64,000 nt of DNA from Basidiobolus meristosporus CBS 931.73 (taxonomy: Eukaryota; Fungi; Basidiobolomycota), in assembly GCA_002104905.1 (NCBI GenBank), contig MCFE01000244.1:52637-116636 (forward strand), in the 5' to 3' direction. This document shows positions 52,523 through 62,880 of this stretch, one piece after another. The notes below the pieces were generated by a model that searched no databases, was not told where the DNA came from, and saw only the letters and a list, made by a program, of their open reading frames with translations. Made by a program: the position numbers and the translations under genes. Positions within the stretch are counted from its first letter, which is position 1, and each line of letters starts with the position of its first letter.

Positions 52523-53130
52523 TGTAGGTGTTATAGTAAGGCCTAGAAAAAGGTTAGAAGAGCAGGGGATCTGGGGGACGCAGTCCCCTAGAGAATAAAA
52601 AAGCAGGGGGTTTGGGGGATGCAATCCCCCATACTGCTCCCATACTCTTTAAATTCCCGTTGGATTACTTTTCTCTCATTCTTGGTTCTGGTCCCTTAGG
52701 GTTAGAATTCCTCCTCCTAACCCTTATCACCCTAACCATAAATATTTTTACCCTACAATTGGCACATTGTCTGCTCATATGGTGGGCATGTCTGGGCCAA
52801 TATTTGTCTCCCTATACTGTCCATACGCTCTGTATAAGTCTTGATGACTATTTAATTAATAAATTGTTATTTTTAATGTATATCTAATAATTAATGGGAT
52901 TCATCCCAATCTGACCACAGTCCCATATTTTGATAAGCTTCGGGCACCATAAATTGCGCGGCCCTAATATGATAGGGTTAGGGTTAGGCTTTTAGATACT
53001 TTATTGTGAATTTCATATAGTGCTTACTAATACAAAGAGAAAAGTACAATAGGTAGCTATACATGAACATCTGAAAGAATAGCTATTGCTGGCTCTATGA
53101 TGCCTAACTAATACTATAAGGGCACTCTTG

Positions 53131-56118
53131 CTACTCAATATATGTTGAATGCAGCAACTCTGGCCTAATTGCTGAGATTATAGCTGACAGCCTCATGATG
53201 AGTGCTTTTTGAGAATGAAACTGAAACAGTGCATCAGTATCTTTAAAACCAAAGCACTTCTCAGCATGAGTATAGTGAAAGTAGCTATTGCATCTTGGGC
53301 ACTTAGAACCCAAGCACAAAGTACTCATTCTCCATCTGATTGCTTGCAGTGCAAAAAAGCAATCACTGATGTAGAAAGAAACATCTGCCTGGCTATTGGA
53401 ATGACGACTTGTAGCTGAGATCAGTCCAATTCTGTCTCTTGATGTTGAGACTCTGGAAATATTGTTAAGCTTTCTGAGAGCCATAGCCACAGAAAGTGGT
53501 ACATGTGTAGACTCTTTCTCAATCAAATATCCTTGGTAACCTTTTGAGCAGTGTATATCTTGATAAATCAGAGAACCTTTGGAGACAGGCATTTTCTCAG
53601 TCTTAATGCCTCTCACTAAGCTTTGCAGTGGATTATTTGGAGATGCTTGGGCATAATGATTGCCAAACTTAATTCCTAGTGTTTCAAATCGATCACAAAC
53701 TGCTTCAATTCCACATATGCTACGAATCAGTCTTTTATACTGCCCAGTGTGATAGTTTGAAGCATTCACTACCCAGCCAAGTGCTTGCTGCTGAATAAGC
53801 TCAAGCTTTAGCAATTGCAACTTGCAGAGTGATATATTCATGACAGGGGCAGCATACTCCCATCTTGATCGGATATAATCCCTAAATAAATGTAGCTTCA
53901 CTAGTGGATGCCATCCAGAGCTATTGTGCTGAAGTACTGCTAGTGTACTTGCTGCCTTAGACACACAGCGCTCAATATGCAGAGGCCAGTCTATTCCTTT
54001 GTTGGTAACAGGGAGTCCTAAATAGAAGTATGTGGATGGCATTGGGAGCTTTATACCACCCCATGAGATATTCCATGAAGGATCTGAACCGATGAATGCA
54101 GATTTGGAAATGTTAACTTCCATTGCATTCTTTGAGCACCATAGACTTAGGCTATCCAACATCAAGTTAGCATGCTTGATAGTGCTTGGTATAAGCATAA
54201 TATCATCAGCAAACAGCAATACGGAAGGAATTGTTGTTGTATTTGCAAATGAAGCTAAGTCACCAGCCAAATCATTGATGTAAATATTGAAAAGAAATGG
54301 CGACAGCAGTGAGCCTTGAAAAAGACCACGGTATCTTGGAAATGGCAATGAACGCAAGCCATTAATACTGACAGTAGAGTAGCAGTTGGTAAATAAAGAG
54401 TATATTAGCTTCAAAAGCTGCATTGATGCTCCTAGCAGCTGTAGCTTGTGGAGTAGCTTAGGAATTATTACTCGATCATAGGCCTGTTTAAGATCAATGA
54501 ATATGCGATTTGCTCTTGTATTTTCTCCCATAAGATAGAATAGATCATGGGATATTACTGAGTGTGTAATGGTGGAGTAGCCTTTGCGGAAGCCTGCCTG
54601 TAGTGGATGGAATCTGGACAGCTCTAATGTGTTCATGTGCTTGAGTAGGCATGCTTCAAATAGTCTTCTGAACATGGTGGTTAGAGCCACTGGCCTAAAT
54701 CCATCAATTGTACTGGATGAAGTCTTCTTTGGGATTGGATGAATATGGGATATGTTCCACTGAGATGGGGTGCAACCCAGTCTAAGGCAGGAGTGAAACA
54801 ATAGCAGCAGATCATTGAGAAAACTTGATGATTGCAACAGAGCTTTGATAATGCGGATGTGCAATGGATCCATCCCAGATGACTTAGGTGAAGGATATTT
54901 GCGGATTACATCCCCAAGCGTACTTAGCTCAAATGATGAGGATGAAGAAAGCAAGTCTTTAAAGTGCATTCTACTTGGAGGTACATAACCTTCCAAAAGC
55001 TCAGTTGGAGTGGGCATTGCAAAAATCTGCTTATAATAGTTGACCGCATCATCTAAAGCAGAAATGCAAGTGTCCCTTGAGTTAATAAATAAATGCGCAT
55101 TTTGTATTCTTTGTGTACTTTTATAAAGCCTAGAGGCCTCTTGAGCTGCAGTCCTGGAGTTGCTCATCTTAAATATGCGCATTGTGGACAAGTTTGGTGT
55201 CTGATGCTTTTGTTGCACAGAGTAACTTCCAAGGAAATATTCACAGGTGGAGACCACTATTGAATTGAAAAGGGTGCTGGTTGCATCAATTGCGGCAGTT
55301 ATCTTTGGCATTGGGCTCTGGCTATTGAGCTGACTAAGGAGCTTCCAAGCCAGCACCAGCATTGGTGACTCCATCTCATAATGGGAGCTAATAAGACTTT
55401 GGATTATAGGGTTGTCTAATGGCTGCAAGTAAAGTTTGATAGCATCTGATTCATAGTGTGTATGCATGACTTGCTGACGTAAGGAAATATCTGCTAGCAT
55501 GAATACATGATCTGAGTGTGCCTTAAGTGTCTCACACTGAAAGGACCACTTACTGGGGTACCTATGGCTGATAAATGCATGATCTGGGGTATTCTTAGGT
55601 AGGCTTGGTATGAGATGCCAAAGGCCCAGTTGCAATGCCAATTGCTCAAAAATATTAATGCGTTCTTGTGGTCCCACCCTCTGTACGCCATGTGCACTAC
55701 CAAAGTGCGTGTTGATATCTCCAATCAAGGCTGTGAGTGGTTGGCATGGCAGATACCTCACTAGGGTTGAGCATGGCATAGCTGGGGGGAAATATACCGC
55801 CATAATGCTTACAGAGCATAATTCAATAGTGATGGTATACTCTGTAGCTATGATGCTTGAAACCTGACTCCGCAACTGGGGAGAAATCAAACATAAAAGA
55901 CCAGCTTTGTGATGACCACGTACTGGCTTTGGAGCAACTTGAGATGATGAAGCAAGAAAGCATGGGTGTGACACATGCAATGCTTGGTCTACAAACCATG
56001 TTTCAGCTAAAAAAATAATATCATATGGGTTGTCTAATAAGCAAGTAACTTTTTTCCACTTCACAATGCTTAATCCACGACAGTTCCAATACCCTATCTT
56101 GAGGGATGGCTGGGTCAT
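53131..56118 (-). CDS. LINE ORF2: APE-type endonuclease, reverse transcriptase and C-terminal CCHC-like knuckle
   Basis: EN: IGYWNCRGL, IIFLAETW, IGDINTH, TPDH, SDH. RT: FRPVAL, QAGFR, FIDLKQAYD, GLFQGSLLSPFLF, FADD. C-terminus CPRCNSYFHYTHAEKC. Confidence 0.95.
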   Translation of the reverse strand: MTQPSLKIGYWNCRGLSIVKWKKVTCLLDNPYDIIFLAETWFVDQALHVSHPCFLASSSQVAPKPVRGHHKAGLLCLISPQLRSQVSSIIATEYTITIELCSVSIMAVYFPPAMPCSTLVRYLPCQPLTALIGDINTHFGSAHGVQRVGPQERINIFEQLALQLGLWHLIPSLPKNTPDHAFISHRYPSKWSFQCETLKAHSDHVFMLADISLRQQVMHTHYESDAIKLYLQPLDNPIIQSLISSHYEMESPMLVLAWKLLSQLNSQSPMPKITAAIDATSTLFNSIVVSTCEYFLGSYSVQQKHQTPNLSTMRIFKMSNSRTAAQEASRLYKSTQRIQNAHLFINSRDTCISALDDAVNYYKQIFAMPTPTELLEGYVPPSRMHFKDLLSSSSSFELSTLGDVIRKYPSPKSSGMDPLHIRIIKALLQSSSFLNDLLLLFHSCLRLGCTPSQWNISHIHPIPKKTSSSTIDGFRPVALTTMFRRLFEACLLKHMNTLELSRFHPLQAGFRKGYSTITHSVISHDLFYLMGENTRANRIFIDLKQAYDRVIIPKLLHKLQLLGASMQLLKLIYSLFTNCYSTVSINGLRSLPFPRYRGLFQGSLLSPFLFNIYINDLAGDLASFANTTTIPSVLLFADDIMLIPSTIKHANLMLDSLSLWCSKNAMEVNISKSAFIGSDPSWNISWGGIKLPMPSTYFYLGLPVTNKGIDWPLHIERCVSKAASTLAVLQHNSSGWHPLVKLHLFRDYIRSRWEYAAPVMNISLCKLQLLKLELIQQQALGWVVNASNYHTGQYKRLIRSICGIEAVCDRFETLGIKFGNHYAQASPNNPLQSLVRGIKTEKMPVSKGSLIYQDIHCSKGYQGYLIEKESTHVPLSVAMALRKLNNISRVSTSRDRIGLISATSRHSNSQADVSFYISDCFFALQAIRWRMSTLCLGSKCPRCNSYFHYTHAEKCFGFKDTDALFQFHSQKALIMRLSAIISAIRPELLHSTYIE

Positions 56119-57707
56119 TGACAGCACTCAGGGGGGGAGTGCTGCTCAATATCTGTGACAACAATTTCATCTGGGTTGGGTGCAATATCCATTGCACCAG
56201 CTGTTGAAGTGGAAGGCTCTTCTACATGTGGGCTAGGTGATATGGGAATGCTACATTCATTGCATAGGTCGGCTAAGTACTGCTTATACTGGGAGTTATT
56301 TGACAAGGTGTAAGATTGCTGAATTCGCTTCATATATGCCATTTTCACTTTCTGCGCCACTTCTGCAGAAGCATTAGGATCTAATGGCTCTGAGGGGTTC
56401 ACCTTTGAGAGCAGTGACAGGAAGGGATACTTGCGCATATGAGTAACAAAAGATCGAGCATATGAGGCAGAGAGTGTAAATTCCACAGTACTTTTTCCAA
56501 TAAAGTCAACACTCCATATTTTGGAGAGTTGGAACCGCAATGCATATAAAATAGACTTGACATCCCTAATGGGCTGTTGCTGTATCCCCTGAAGATAAAT
56601 TCGGCAGCATTGATGCCTTACTTCAGCTCTTGTAGTGGTAAATGGAGGCTTTGCTCCAACACATTTCCGCATGGCTGCCTCCATTCTTTCCATCTCTGCT
56701 TTTGTTCCTGACCTTGCACATCTTTTGGCAATCTCTGCAAATGTTGGTCTTTTGGATTTTGCTATACATTTGCTATCAGGCGTTTTTATTTGCAAGTCTT
56801 TATTGCTAGCTTCTTGTTGCGTCCCATCTATGTGGGTTGCTGGCTTTTCCACATGGATTGCATTCTTTAGCATTTGCAATTCCCGCTGTTGGGAATTGCA
56901 TGTATCCTTTATTTGCGCATTCTCTTCTACCAGTGACTTTTGTACTGCCAAAGCAGTCTTGTCAAGTGCAGAGCTGCTTTGCAACCCAGAAGAGACGGCT
57001 GTTTGCAATCCAAGCAGGTTTTCAATCAGCAATGTGAGTTTCTCTAGTTTGGAGTCAAATGATTGAAGTTTTACATTGACTGACTTCAAACTGTTTTCTA
57101 ATATATTGATTCGTGAGTGTGCACTTGATACAACCTTATCTTCATGTGACGGTGAGTGGGCCTTCCGCCTCTTAGGGTGTTTTGACTGATACACCCTTTC
57201 AACACTAAATACATCATTGACCTGTATATCACTGGATTCATCATTTGATGAGTAGCCTGAGTACTCCGGCTCTCCAGAGGAGGTAGCAAGAATTGCTGTA
57301 CTCTCATTATTAATCAGTGTTACTTCTGCAGTGGGAAGATTGTTGATCTCTGACGCAGAGCAAGAAGCCCATTTTGATTTATGCTGTGTGTTATTTGCAG
57401 GCAGTAGGTCTGCTGAGAGAGAAAGGCATTCGGTCCAGAACTGCAAAGCCTTATATTTTGTGGCACAGTTTTTGCAGCGGAAGCAGCCATAAGTAGCTAA
57501 ACCACTGCCATTTGAGTCTTTTGTAAACCCATAACCTGGACCACATTTTAGACAAGTAGCATTGTGTGGATTACTCCTATAGTATGCCAGCGCAGATTTA
57601 CTTGGCTCCATTTCCCAGTACCACCCTCTGGCAGGGGAAGTTACAGAAGTGTTAGGGGAACTAGTAGCCGTATTAGAATTGTGATTATTTTCTGATGGTA
57701 AAGTCAT
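56115..57707 (-). CDS. LINE ORF1 (gag-like, 530 aa) with N-terminal Cys motif, coiled coil and RRM-like C-terminal region
   Basis: CLKC...CFRCKNC; heptad-rich LENSLKSVNVKLQSFDSKLEKLTLL; PTFAEIAKR; RIYLQGI. The stop overlaps the ORF2 ATG (CAATGA). Confidence 0.85.
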   Translation of the reverse strand: MTLPSENNHNSNTATSSPNTSVTSPARGWYWEMEPSKSALAYYRSNPHNATCLKCGPGYGFTKDSNGSGLATYGCFRCKNCATKYKALQFWTECLSLSADLLPANNTQHKSKWASCSASEINNLPTAEVTLINNESTAILATSSGEPEYSGYSSNDESSDIQVNDVFSVERVYQSKHPKRRKAHSPSHEDKVVSSAHSRINILENSLKSVNVKLQSFDSKLEKLTLLIENLLGLQTAVSSGLQSSSALDKTALAVQKSLVEENAQIKDTCNSQQRELQMLKNAIHVEKPATHIDGTQQEASNKDLQIKTPDSKCIAKSKRPTFAEIAKRCARSGTKAEMERMEAAMRKCVGAKPPFTTTRAEVRHQCCRIYLQGIQQQPIRDVKSILYALRFQLSKIWSVDFIGKSTVEFTLSASYARSFVTHMRKYPFLSLLSKVNPSEPLDPNASAEVAQKVKMAYMKRIQQSYTLSNNSQYKQYLADLCNECSIPISPSPHVEEPSTSTAGAMDIAPNPDEIVVTDIEQHSPPECCQ

Positions 57708-57851
57708 GATTGCATTAAACTGGCGGTAGTTGCAGCTTTTATAGCAACTAAAACATATGGTGACGTATTCTTGAGAGCATTTGAAGTGAAGGCTGTTTCA
57801 CTTGAATTGGAACATGCTGCACTGGCTTATTACAACTGGTCACAGGCAAGG

Positions 57852-58437
57852 ACATTTAATACAAGACATAACTAACGGTTTTGGGGAGTTGGTGCGCATT
57901 TGTGTAAGGTGCTAGTAGTAGGTGAAATATAGTTTTGATGAAGCTTTGGTATATCACGGCACCACGCAGTAGTAAAGCAAACCAAGATATTATGACAACA
58001 ACATTTAACACAAGACATAACTAAAGGTTTTGGGGAGTTGGTACACATTTGTGTATGGCACTAGTAGTAGGTGGAATATAGTTTTGATGAAGCTTTGGTA
58101 TATCATGGCACCACGTGGTAGTAAAGCAAACCAAGATTTTATGACAACATTTAACACAAGACATAACTAAAGGTTTTGGGGAGTTGGTACACATTTGTGT
58201 ATGGCACTAGTAGTAGGTGGAATGTAGTTTTGATGAAGCTTTGGTATATCATGGCACCACGTGGTAGTAAAGCAAACCAAGATTTTATGACAACATTTAA
58301 CACAAGACATAACTAAAGGTTTTGGGGAGTTGGTACGCATTTGTGTATGGCACTAGTAGTAGGTAGAATGTAGTTTTGATGAAGCTTTGGGATATCTTGA
58401 CACCACGCGGTAGTAAAGCAAACCAAGATTTCGTGAC
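57852..58437. repeat. Tandem repeat, four copies of ~146 bp
   Basis: acatttaa[c/t]acaagacataactaa... units start at 57852, 58001, 58147 and 58293. Confidence 0.95.
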
Positions 58438-58685
58438 AGGCTATGCAGTAGTTAAGCTCAGTGGCTCTCCACCTCCTCTGGAAATAGCTACGACACACCA
58501 TCTGTGGGTGTCGGAAGCCTGATCTTATCCAACTATGGTTCTTGGAAGAATGCAAGAATTGCGACAATCAATGCTTACTGTTGAGATTGAAATCTCCCCT
58601 AATCAATGCACCCAATATGTTGATGGCACATCATGACGCGTTTTGTTCTTGGTTCAGGAAGAATGGCTCTCATTGGGTTCAGTTT

Positions 58686-59185
58686 GTTCCCGCTGCTGGT
58701 GATGAGCACCATGGCCAGCGCCTCTTCCTCACCATCCACTTGTCTAGTACAGTCAATGATAACACTTGAAGGCACCCTGGATCTTGAGCTGTTCAAGGAT
58801 TCCTGGAAGAAGACTGCCCAACAGTATCTCTCATCCGTGTATATGATAATGACCTTCAGTAAATCTTAGATATGTAAACATGATTTACAAAGCGTAAATC
58901 AGCAACAACTGTGGGACTATCTTGAGTACTCTTGCCACCCGCAATCTTCCAAACACTTAGTAAACCCTCTGACGCTGATCTTGGGGGGAGAATCATTCCC
59001 AGCATCACTAATTCATAGCCTGCAACCGTTGATCCCAAACAGCCGTATTGTGAATGACTATGAGCCAACGGAAGCAACAGTGAGCTCGCTGACATGGGGA
59101 CGTAGTACCAAAGTGTAATTGACTGCCAGTTCCCCTAGGAGCGGCTGGAGAGTTGTACATTGGCGGAGTTGGAGTGGCAAGATCC
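58686..59185 (+). pseudogene. Collapsed NRPS relic (C-domain start plus adenylation A5/A6 fragments)
   Basis: CLVQSMITLEGTLDLELFKDSWKK (C-like); LILGGESF...RIVNDYEPTEATV (58969-59097); PVPLGAAGELYIGGVGVAR (59126-59182). Stops, frameshifts and large deletions separate the pieces. Confidence 0.8.
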
Positions 59186-59299
59186 ATTTTCAGGTGAGCA
59201 AGATGCAAGAATGTACAAGGCAGGCAATGTTGCTTTCCTTAGTCAAGTCAAGGTTCATATTCTTTAGCATGTCAGTGTTTTGTTATGGGATTCTTCAAT

Positions 59300-59560
59300 G
59301 CCAACAATGAACCATTAATGTCATATGCACCAACATATTATCACTATTGTCCCCAGACGCCTACCCATTGTTAGACAATGCTCAGGCATATTCCGCACAG
59401 AACACACAGGTGCATTTTGACAAGAATCAGTATGACCAGGTGCACCAAGTAGATCAAACTTTGTACCAACCATCTACGCCAACATTTGTGCCAACCATCT
59501 ACGCCAACATTTGTGCAATTTTTTACTCCCGATGAGGATGACACTCAAGACTCGAGTGAC
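59300..59560 (+). pseudogene. Frameshifted copy of small secreted family 1 (VDQTLYQP family)
   Basis: NEPLMSYAPTY / SPDAYPLLDNAQAYSAQN...VDQTLYQPS, with frameshifts and a 25-bp internal duplication. Confidence 0.7.
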
Positions 59561-59971
59561 GACAACGGATCATTGGATTTGACACGCACCGCATTCTCCT
59601 TACATTATCATGTATCCTACCCTCTATAATAGCTGACCCTAGCTTGGGGTGACAATACACTCAAGGAGACCCGATTTCCCCACATAAATTGAATAAGCTA
59701 CTCATTACCTTCATGACGTTTCTTACCCTTCGCCTGGATTGGTTGCTAGCAAGGCCCAAGACCAATGAATGTACGCATCTTTGAGTACAACTGAGCTCAT
59801 TGCTTGGGTATATATAGCATGAGAACCATTATAACATGGTTACAACCTTGATGGTAGCAATAGTTAGTTAACTTTGATGAACTCACACTATATCTGATTG
59901 AAAATTGGCATTCTCTCTACCATCATCGGCTCAATCGCATTGATATCGCGTAGTCTACATGATTACAGTAT

Positions 59972-60019
59972 GATAAATACACGGATAAATACACGGATAA
60001 ATACACGGATAAATACACC
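59972..60019. repeat. Minisatellite (GATAAATACACG)x4
   Basis: Read directly from the sequence. Confidence 0.9.
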
Positions 60020-60202
60020 AATGTATACCCTAATATATACGCATATGCTTTTGATATTTCAGCAGTAGTGTGGTAATTCACGAACCACGGCTGATGATGT
60101 TTCATATTAATATAGGGTGACCAAATGATACATTTATTTAATCAATGTATTGATTCCCACTGAAATATCTGATCTTGATGTGCCGACCTCTTGTACTTCT
60201 TC

Positions 60203-60679
60203 TTAGCTACGGGCGGCTGGCTGGGTGATGATGATCCGGGGCTGTTGCTGCTTAGGCTGATAGAGGGTTTGGTCGACTACCTGCGCTTGGTCAAACTGAT
60301 TAGAGTTCGACAGGGCATCAGCATCACTGGATGACTGAGCGTTCACTCTGTCCAACAAGGCCTGTCTTGGTTGCAGGTCGGCTATATTGAAGTTGGGCAT
60401 GTTGTAGGATGACTCTGGCTGAGTTGTAGTGCCATCCATCGAGTCTTCACCTTCACCTTCGCCTTCATCTTCACCCCCATTCTCATCCATATAGTGATCA
60501 CCCTCGTCCTGTTCCGGCTAATAGTCATCTGCAGGCAATTAAGTTTCTTGGTAGCAAGGACTTACTTGCTCCCCGCACAAACTGTCACCATAGCTAACCT
60601 GAGAAGAGGTATCTTCTGTGTCAGTGAATGCATGGATGGAAGCAAAGTACAAAGCGAGTAAAGTTAGAGTAAGCTGCAT
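60203..60679 (-). CDS. Putative small secreted acidic protein (~142 aa), apparently intact member of family 1
   Basis: Exon 1 60679-60566 MQLTLTLLALYFASIHA-FTDT... (signal-peptide-like). Intron GTAAGT...TAG at 60565-60518. Exon 2 60517-60203 ...EDEGEGEGED...LLDRVNAQS...ALSNSNQFDQAQVVDQTLYQP. The acceptor choice is inferred. Confidence 0.6.
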
Positions 60680-61046
60680 TTTGATGAATAGCGTAAAACC
60701 AGTCGTAAGCTCACTTTATGGTGGTATTTGGCATAGTCTACTATACTACACCCTATATCTGACTCACTTGAGGCCATGAATTCACATTCTATGTCCTGCT
60801 TTTGTTACCCATCAACTAACGACTTGTGAAGATATGAGCCCACAAAGATAAACAAAGGTAGTCCCTTAATCAAGCAATGGTGTTTATTTTGTTCTATTGC
60901 AATATAGTGTTTCTCCAGTTGTAGGACGTTCATCCTTGGCTCTATTAGTCGATGATCATTATTTCGAACAACCATTTAGATTTTGACATGGTTTAGTCAT
61001 TAGCAATCAAGTTAGAGCAAATGGTATGGATGATCGAGGTTTATTG

Positions 61047-61340
61047 AATTATGTGCAGTTGTTGGTACACTGAGTGTCTTCCATAAATTCAGTATACAGC
61101 GAGTCCTGCTGAGCACAATCACTGTCACACTGAGCATCTTCCACGGGTTCAGTGTACTGCATATCCTGATCAACGCATCCCTCAGCGTACAATATTACTT
61201 AGACATTCGAAGTCTCAACAGTTGGCAGAGCTTGGACTTGCAGGTGGCAATTACATGCTCGGTCGGATCATGACGAACTACGATAATGGACTCTTTTATG
61301 GTTGTTTTGGAGCAGCGATGATGGCCAGAAGAAAAGTAAA
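61047..61340 (-). pseudogene. Decayed member of family 2 (acidic Cys-containing 19-aa repeat protein)
   Basis: EGCVDQDMQYTEPVEDAQCDSDCAQQDSLYTEFMEDTQCTNNCT*. Upstream signal-like FFTFLLAIIAAP is interrupted by stops. Confidence 0.55.
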
Positions 61341-61765
61341 AAAAGTTGGTGTGATAAATACACATTGATACCCTCAGCAATTACTATTCCCATGAATCTA
61401 TGATTTCAAACTAACACGACACTAGGTTCATGTTTCGACTTAGCTAAGCGGACTTAAGGTGGTTGATGCAAAGCATAATGCAAAATCGTAAATCTGGCTC
61501 AGTATACTATCAATTCATTCATAATCCCATAATACTCATAAAAATAGCCACAGGTTACTATATCACCGGAGTAGCTTAGCGCCCTTCGACAATGAGATCA
61601 AGAACGAAGCCATTCCTGTGTGCTCACCTCAAGTCATTGTCCCTTCACTACCGTGTATGTCATTCCAAAGTGGTACCGCAAGCCCAGAAATGAAGAGGAT
61701 TGTTTATTTTTCTTGATGTACTGAAGTGGTTGGCCGCCTGGATTACGGTGTGAATCAACACCTAT

Positions 61766-61941
61766 TCGCTGATGATTGCAATGAAAGTGAAATGCTGACT
61801 AACTCTACTCGCCTTTGCTTCATAATTTAGTAAGCTGGGTTTGGTTGCTGATAATCGCTGATGATTGCAATGAAAGTGGAATGCTGACTAACTCTACTCG
61901 CCTTTGCTTCATAATTTAGTAAGCTGGGTTTGGTTGCTGAT
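61766..61941. repeat. Direct tandem duplication, 2 x ~88 bp
   Basis: tcgctgatgattgcaatgaaagtg...gggtttggttgctgat starts at 61766 and 61855. Confidence 0.9.
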
Positions 61942-61991
61942 GAATCTAGCAAAGCAACTGTTTGCCTTGCAGTGTGTCATCCAGAGCCAAC

Positions 61992-62392
61992 ATGCAACGC
62001 ACTTTCCACATTCTATCAGCCCTAGTATTCCTATTTGGTGTATCTTATGCATCGCCCATTGCAATGTATGACAACCAGCAAGTAGACCAATGGACGGCAA
62101 TGAACCATCAATGTCATACACTCCAACATACTATCAACTAGAGTCCCCAAACGCCTATCCATTGTTGGACAACGCTCAGACAAATTCGGCACAGAATGCT
62201 CAGGCACTTTCCAACCAGAATCAATTTGAGCAAGTGCAGCAAGTAGATCAGACGTTGTACCAGCCATCTGTGCCAACATATGTACAATCAATTACTCCCG
62301 ATGAGGATGACACTCAAGACGACGACGATCAGTCTTCGTGTAAACGTTGCCAACGACGCCATCGTAAACGTAGATACAGAGGCAGCTTTTGA
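61992..62392 (+). pseudogene. Family 1 copy with signal peptide out of frame (possible 100-aa ORF from internal ATG 62090)
   Basis: MQRTFHILSALVFLFGVSYA-SPIAMYDNQQVDQ, then a frameshift to MDGNEPSMSY...VDQTLYQP...DEDDTQDDDD..CKRCQRRHRKRR. Confidence 0.7.
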
Positions 62393-62659
62393 CTCAATCG
62401 TAAACACTTATTTGGCATTCACAATCATTCCCATCATATAATCGCTATCTCTGCAAGCTATCCAACACATACATTTCTTCTGCAAACAAGATTACACCAA
62501 CTGATACCAAGAAGAAACAGCGGAGACGTGACCACAGGGATGAGTGGAATGAGCATCGTGAAGATTCTGGCAATGACTCCTCAAGCAATAGTGTGAATCA
62601 TTTTGGTTTTGTACCCTCCAATTTGCGAGCAATATTGAATAAACTACTAAAATGGAATA

Positions 62660-62697
62660 GTGGTGAGCAATCGTGGTGAGCAATCGTGGTGAGCAAT
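62660..62697. repeat. Minisatellite (GTGGTGAGCAATC)x3
   Basis: Read directly from the sequence. Confidence 0.85.
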
Positions 62698-62880
62698 AAA
62701 TCGATGATGGTATTAGCAATGAAGTACGTAGATTGATGATACATAGGTTTAATTGGCTGTGGATTGTTTTTATTGATGATTGGCCACATAGAATAGCTAT
62801 CAACTGAGCTTCGGCTGCTGCTGATGGTTGATAAAAACAAAAGCAACTTTTTGCATTCCAGTTTGTAACTAAGAGCCAAT

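Larger units (their letters stand above)
52973..57850 (-). mobile_element. Apparently full-length LINE (family C) with intact ORF1 and ORF2; 3' end AATAAA followed by (CCTAAC)n telomeric repeat
   Basis: Two uninterrupted ORFs, tail tagggttagggttagg at 52973-52988, tttatt at 53000-53005. The 5' boundary is approximate. Confidence 0.92.

Noticed and set aside
57852-58437. 146-bp array as CRISPR
   Set aside because: The whole units repeat with no unique spacers, and the context is eukaryotic.
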